The translations under genes were made by a program, and so were the position numbers. The notes under the pieces are model-generated. The model was not told the origin of the DNA. It saw only the letters and a program-made list of their open reading frames with translations, and made no database searches. Below are positions 17,167 to 20,000 of a DNA stretch of 20,000 nt, piece by piece (position 1 is the stretch's first letter; the number at the start of each line of letters is the position of its first letter). This DNA is from an uncultured virus (IMG/VR IMGVR_UViG_3300031994_003577) (taxonomy: Duplodnaviria > Heunggongvirae > Uroviricota > Caudoviricetes), in IMG/VR virus record IMGVR_UViG_3300031994_003577, positions 53,474-73,473 of that record, one strand, 5' to 3'.

Positions 17167-17282
17167 AGTATTTTTCCTTTCCTTTTTTTCTGTAATAATT
17201 ATATCAAAACTTTTTTGAAATGTCAATACTTTTTCTAAAAATATATTATATATAATCCCGCGCCGGGCATCAAAGGCATGAG

Positions 17283-17522
17283 TTAAATCTCATGCCCATC
17301 AGCATCAAAGTCGTAGAAGTTCCCTTCATCATCATCAAAACAAACTCCGTCAAAGGTAAGTCGATAACAAAGTCGAAAATTCCTGTTACAATCGTTACAA
17401 CCACAATTATAAAAGAAGTAATCGTCTTCGGGGTAACTGTCGTAATAGTCAATATTGTCACTCGCGCAGAATGGACAATGACCGTCCTCAACATGATACT
17501 TTTTCTTGTTCGAATTTTCCAT
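17283..17522 (-). CDS. acidic zinc-ribbon protein
   Basis: CPFC...CNDC; D-rich. Confidence 0.7.
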   Translation of the reverse strand: MENSNKKKYHVEDGHCPFCASDNIDYYDSYPEDDYFFYNCGCNDCNRNFRLCYRLTFDGVCFDDDEGNFYDFDADGHEI

Positions 17523-17669
17523 TTATTCGTCCCATCCTTTCTTATGTTTTTCTTTTCGAGAATATTTTTTCTTATCTTTTTCGATTCTTGTATAGGGTTT
17601 TACATCGCCCCAATCTCCGCGAATTTTGTGAAGTGCGCGCAGTTGATTTTCAGAAATCATTTTTTCCAT
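17523..17669 (-). CDS. small basic protein (MEKMISENQ...)
   Basis: AAAGGGA RBS; promoter TTGACA-17-TATAAT (17701-17729). Confidence 0.65.
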   Translation of the reverse strand: MEKMISENQLRALHKIRGDWGDVKPYTRIEKDKKKYSRKEKHKKGWDE

Positions 17670-17748
17670 TGAAGTTTTCTTCCCTTTCTTTGATGACTTT
17701 ATTATATCATCTTTGAATTGTTTTGTCAATACTTTTTTGAAAAAATTT

Positions 17749-17859
17749 TCATGCCATAATCCAAACCATCAAAAGGAAAAGACTAAAAATAGCACTCACA
17801 TAAAGGAAATTTTTTACCCACCAAATAATGGAAAATTCACGCACACGATATTTTTTCAT
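17749..17859 (-). CDS. 36-aa membrane peptide (MKKYRVREFS...)
   Basis: AAAGGAG RBS; promoter TTGACT-17-TATAAT (17888-17916); one TM segment. Confidence 0.6.
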   Translation of the reverse strand: MKKYRVREFSIIWWVKNFLYVSAIFSLFLLMVWIMA

Positions 17860-17993
17860 TTTTTTCTCTCCTTTATTTTCTATAATTATTATATCATAAA
17901 ATTTCCAAAAAGTCAATTTTTAAAATGTAACTATTTTGTGAATATTGGCGCGCCCGGGCGCGGATTGTATATTATATATAAAAATTTTTTTAG

Positions 17994-18018
17994 AAAAAAA
18001 AGAGGGCTTTCGCCCTCT
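17994..18018 (-). terminator. intrinsic terminator
   Basis: AGAGGGC-GAAA-GCCCTCT plus T-run on minus strand. Confidence 0.8.
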
Positions 18019-18023
18019 GTGAC

Positions 18024-18365
18024 TTACAGACTGTAAGTCTTGACGATGCGCGAACCGATGCGCTTTTCGCCCACCACAACGCCCTCGACCATCTTGGCGA
18101 TAGCGGTTGCCTTGGAAGTGTGAGCGATGCCGATGCCAGCGCTGACGATTTCAGCAGCGGTCAGCGGAGCGCCTGCCTGCGACAGCAGAATGGATACAGC
18201 TTCGACAAGCGGCGCGTCCTCTGCGTTCTTCTTCTCTGCGCGCTTCTGCGCCGCCTTCACGGCTTCCTCTGCCTGCTTCGCAAGCAGTTCCTGCGCCTTC
18301 TGCGCCATCTCTGCGGTAACAACCGCGCCTTCGGTGATTGCCTGATACAGTTCCTTGTTCGTCAT
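18024..18365 (-). CDS. winged-helix-like protein, paralogue D
   Basis: APLTAAEIV...HTSKATAIAK...KTYSL; promoter TTGACA-17-TATAAT (18452-18480). Confidence 0.8.
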   Translation of the reverse strand: MTNKELYQAITEGAVVTAEMAQKAQELLAKQAEEAVKAAQKRAEKKNAEDAPLVEAVSILLSQAGAPLTAAEIVSAGIGIAHTSKATAIAKMVEGVVVGEKRIGSRIVKTYSL

Positions 18366-18505
18366 AGTTTTTTCCTTTCTTGCCTTTCGGCTTCGCGTCG
18401 GTCGCGACCCTTTTTATTTAGTGGGGCTTTCGCTCCTCACTTTCTGTAATCATTATAGCACGCTTTACGTTGGTTGTCAAGGGGTTTTTGAAAGTTTTTC
18501 AAAAA

Positions 18506-18617
18506 TTTTTTCGGCTCTCACGAGCGCGCCTTGCGCTTCAACATACCGCCCCTTGGCAACCTTCTTTCCCTCGGTGGGTGAGTGCCCTCGGCTGTTTCCC
18601 TCACCCCCTTGGAACAA
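18506..18617 (-). ncRNA. candidate small RNA or leader 3 (5' GUUCCAAGGG)
   Basis: Own promoter (18622-18650); GC-rich; repeated CC(A/G)AGGG; no ORF. Confidence 0.5.
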
Positions 18618-18744
18618 TTATAGTATAACAGATAGGGTGAGTTTTGTCAATACTTTTCTGCGAAAAAAATAATATATTATTTCTCGGCGCCCGGGTAAAA
18701 CAGGAATAAATAAAACAAAATGATTTTAGTTTTATTTTATGGCA

Positions 18745-18990
18745 TAAAAAAAGATCTATTTTATAGATCCTTTTAATGGCTCTGCTCCGTCCATCCGCGG
18801 CGGTTGGTTCGTTTTGCGCTCACTGACAACCAACTGTGCCATCCGCGGCATCTTTGCCCCACTTATATTTTACAAGGGTAGACGACTTACTGACTCTCAT
18901 GGGTCTCACACTTTCGAACTTGGTGTGCTTTGCGTCTTGCGGAGAGAGGGCCTATGCCCCTTGGCTTGGTGGCCCTTGGCTCACCTTGCA
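18745..18990 (-). ncRNA. candidate ~245-nt ncRNA occupying its own cassette
   Basis: Promoter TTGACA-17-TATAAT (18996-19024); terminator GATCTAT-AAA-ATAGATC plus T-run (18746-18774); no RBS-led ORF. Confidence 0.55.
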
Positions 18991-19085
18991 TAGTTATTAT
19001 ACTGCAAGGCTCTTTATTTGTCAAGAGTTTTTGTGTAAAGATTATGTAAAACAGGTCGTGCCCGGGCGATAAAAAAAAAGAGGCT

Positions 19086-19544
19086 TTACGCCTCAACGCG
19101 CGCGAGTGTTTTTTCGCTTGCGAAGGTCGCGCGCTGGAATTTGATTTGATAGGCGATTCCGTTTACTTCGATGTCACCGCCCTCGGTGAAGGGAAGGTTA
19201 TCTTTTTCCCATTCCTGTCCGAAGCTTTCGGTTACGAGCTTTTCAAAAACTTCGCCGCGATTGTAAATACTTTCCGAGCAAGCTTCTTCGAAGTACTTTA
19301 CCGAGCAGAGAACCTTCGAATTGTTCAGCATGAAGATTTTTTGGTCTTTCGTGGGGCAGAAGCGGATCGAATAGCCCGCGCCGCGGCTTGCATGGTCAAG
19401 GGTGAGAACGAACGGAAGAACGCTTGCATCCGTTTTGGTCATGTATACATTTCCCTCAAAAGTAAAACCGAAAATGTATTGATGGGTATAGGAAGCGCGG
19501 TTGTATCTGTCAATCATGGAATTGAAAAGCGCCGTGTTAGTCAT
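19086..19544 (-). CDS. hypothetical protein, possible PD-(D/E)xK-like nuclease
   Basis: Start MTNTALF with AAAGGA RBS; promoter 19576-19604; C-terminal GEVFE...GDIE.....QIK pattern. Confidence 0.6.
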   Translation of the reverse strand: MTNTALFNSMIDRYNRASYTHQYIFGFTFEGNVYMTKTDASVLPFVLTLDHASRGAGYSIRFCPTKDQKIFMLNNSKVLCSVKYFEEACSESIYNRGEVFEKLVTESFGQEWEKDNLPFTEGGDIEVNGIAYQIKFQRATFASEKTLARVEA

Positions 19545-19731
19545 TTCTTTGAGTTCCTTTCCTTTTTCTGATACAAGTATAACATACGCAACCGGTTCTG
19601 TCAACGGGTTTCTTGTAAAAAGTATGTAAAATTAGAAAAAAAATTAATATGATTGTATAAGTTGTATTTAATGGGTCGGTGGATGTTCGCGCTCCCTTTC
19701 GGTACCACTCCCCGTCCCTTTTTCTATATTT

Positions 19732-19760
19732 ATTATATCATGAGAAATTCAAAAAGTCAA
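19732..19760 (-). promoter_or_regulatory. sigma-A/70 promoter preceding a GC-rich non-coding segment
   Basis: TTGACT-17-TATAAT with extended TG. Confidence 0.75.
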
Positions 19761-19888
19761 CCCCTTTTTCAAATGTTCACATTTTGTTCATAATTGCATA
19801 ATGATTCCGTGCGCTGCATAAATTATACACTGGGCGACTAAAGAGAAATAAAATAAGATGATTTTTGTTTTATTTTTTTTCGCCCGGG

Positions 19889-20000
19889 CATTTACGTAAA
19901 CGTTTGCGTACAACCATTTACGTAAACGTTTGCGTACAACCATTTACGTAAACGTTTGCGTACAACCATTTACGTAAACGTTTGCGTACAACCATTTACG
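19889..20000. repeat. 26-bp perfect tandem repeat (at least 4.3 copies, truncated by window end)
   Basis: Unit CATTTACGTAAACGTTTGCGTACAAC at 19889, 19915, 19941, 19967, partial at 19993. Confidence 0.95.

Larger units (their letters stand above)
11510..19889. repeat. dispersed (C)GCCCGGGC cassette-boundary motif, about 15 copies
   Basis: Intergenic copies or single variants at 11510, 11957, 12739, 13051, 13749, 14387, 14941, 15619, 16143, 16785, 17261, 17951, 18688, 19060, 19881 (also 11364). Confidence 0.9.

Noticed and set aside
10713..18365. wHTH paralogues as Z-alpha (Z-DNA-binding) domains linked to the GCGCGC enrichment
   Set aside because: The signature Asn/Tyr of helix 3 and the P-P-x-W wing motif are absent.
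13570..18990. tRNA genes in the GC-rich non-coding segments
   Set aside because: I could not form a cloverleaf with D and TpsiC arms by eye. A GTTCGAA at about 18914-18920 lacks the other arms. tRNAscan-SE or ARAGORN would settle it.
11510..19889. Classical integron with attC sites
   Set aside because: No intI in the window, no RYYYAAC...GTTRRRY long imperfect hairpins, and the cassettes carry their own promoters. The resemblance is only architectural.
19889..20000. CRISPR array
   Set aside because: The repeats are contiguous with no spacers, and there are no cas genes.
1..20000. Stop-codon reassignment
   Set aside because: Long genes are intact in the standard code and coding density is high.

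Overview
This window looks like part of a large tailed-phage genome from a low-GC Firmicutes-type host. It has consensus sigma-A promoters, AAAGGA(G) ribosome-binding sites and many short orphan ORFs, with no structural or housekeeping genes. Left arm (1-9714, + strand): densely packed operons encoding a DRB0094/Rnl-type RNA ligase, a P-loop kinase-HD fusion, an NCS2 uracil permease, a kinase-like protein and many small hypotheticals. Centre (9715-10700): an ORF-free zone rich in repeats and palindromes, where the two arms converge. Right arm (10713-19890, - strand): about 14 cassette-like units of 310-820 bp. Each unit is bounded by the palindrome (C)GCCCGGGC, usually placed just after the previous stop codon, and carries its own near-consensus promoter (20 minus-strand promoters in total, all with 17-bp spacers). 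The array holds four paralogous winged-helix-like genes, each preceded by a covarying RNA motif next to the SD. Three of them are also preceded by a separately promoted GC-rich non-coding segment starting GUUCCAAGGG. One unit is ORF-less, and several encode nucleases or a nucleotidase. A 26-bp tandem repeat starts at the last GCCCGGGC and runs off the window. The best candidate for an undescribed system is this GCCCGGGC-delimited cassette array and its ncRNA/leader/wHTH modules. All functional calls rest on motifs read by eye; no database searches were run.
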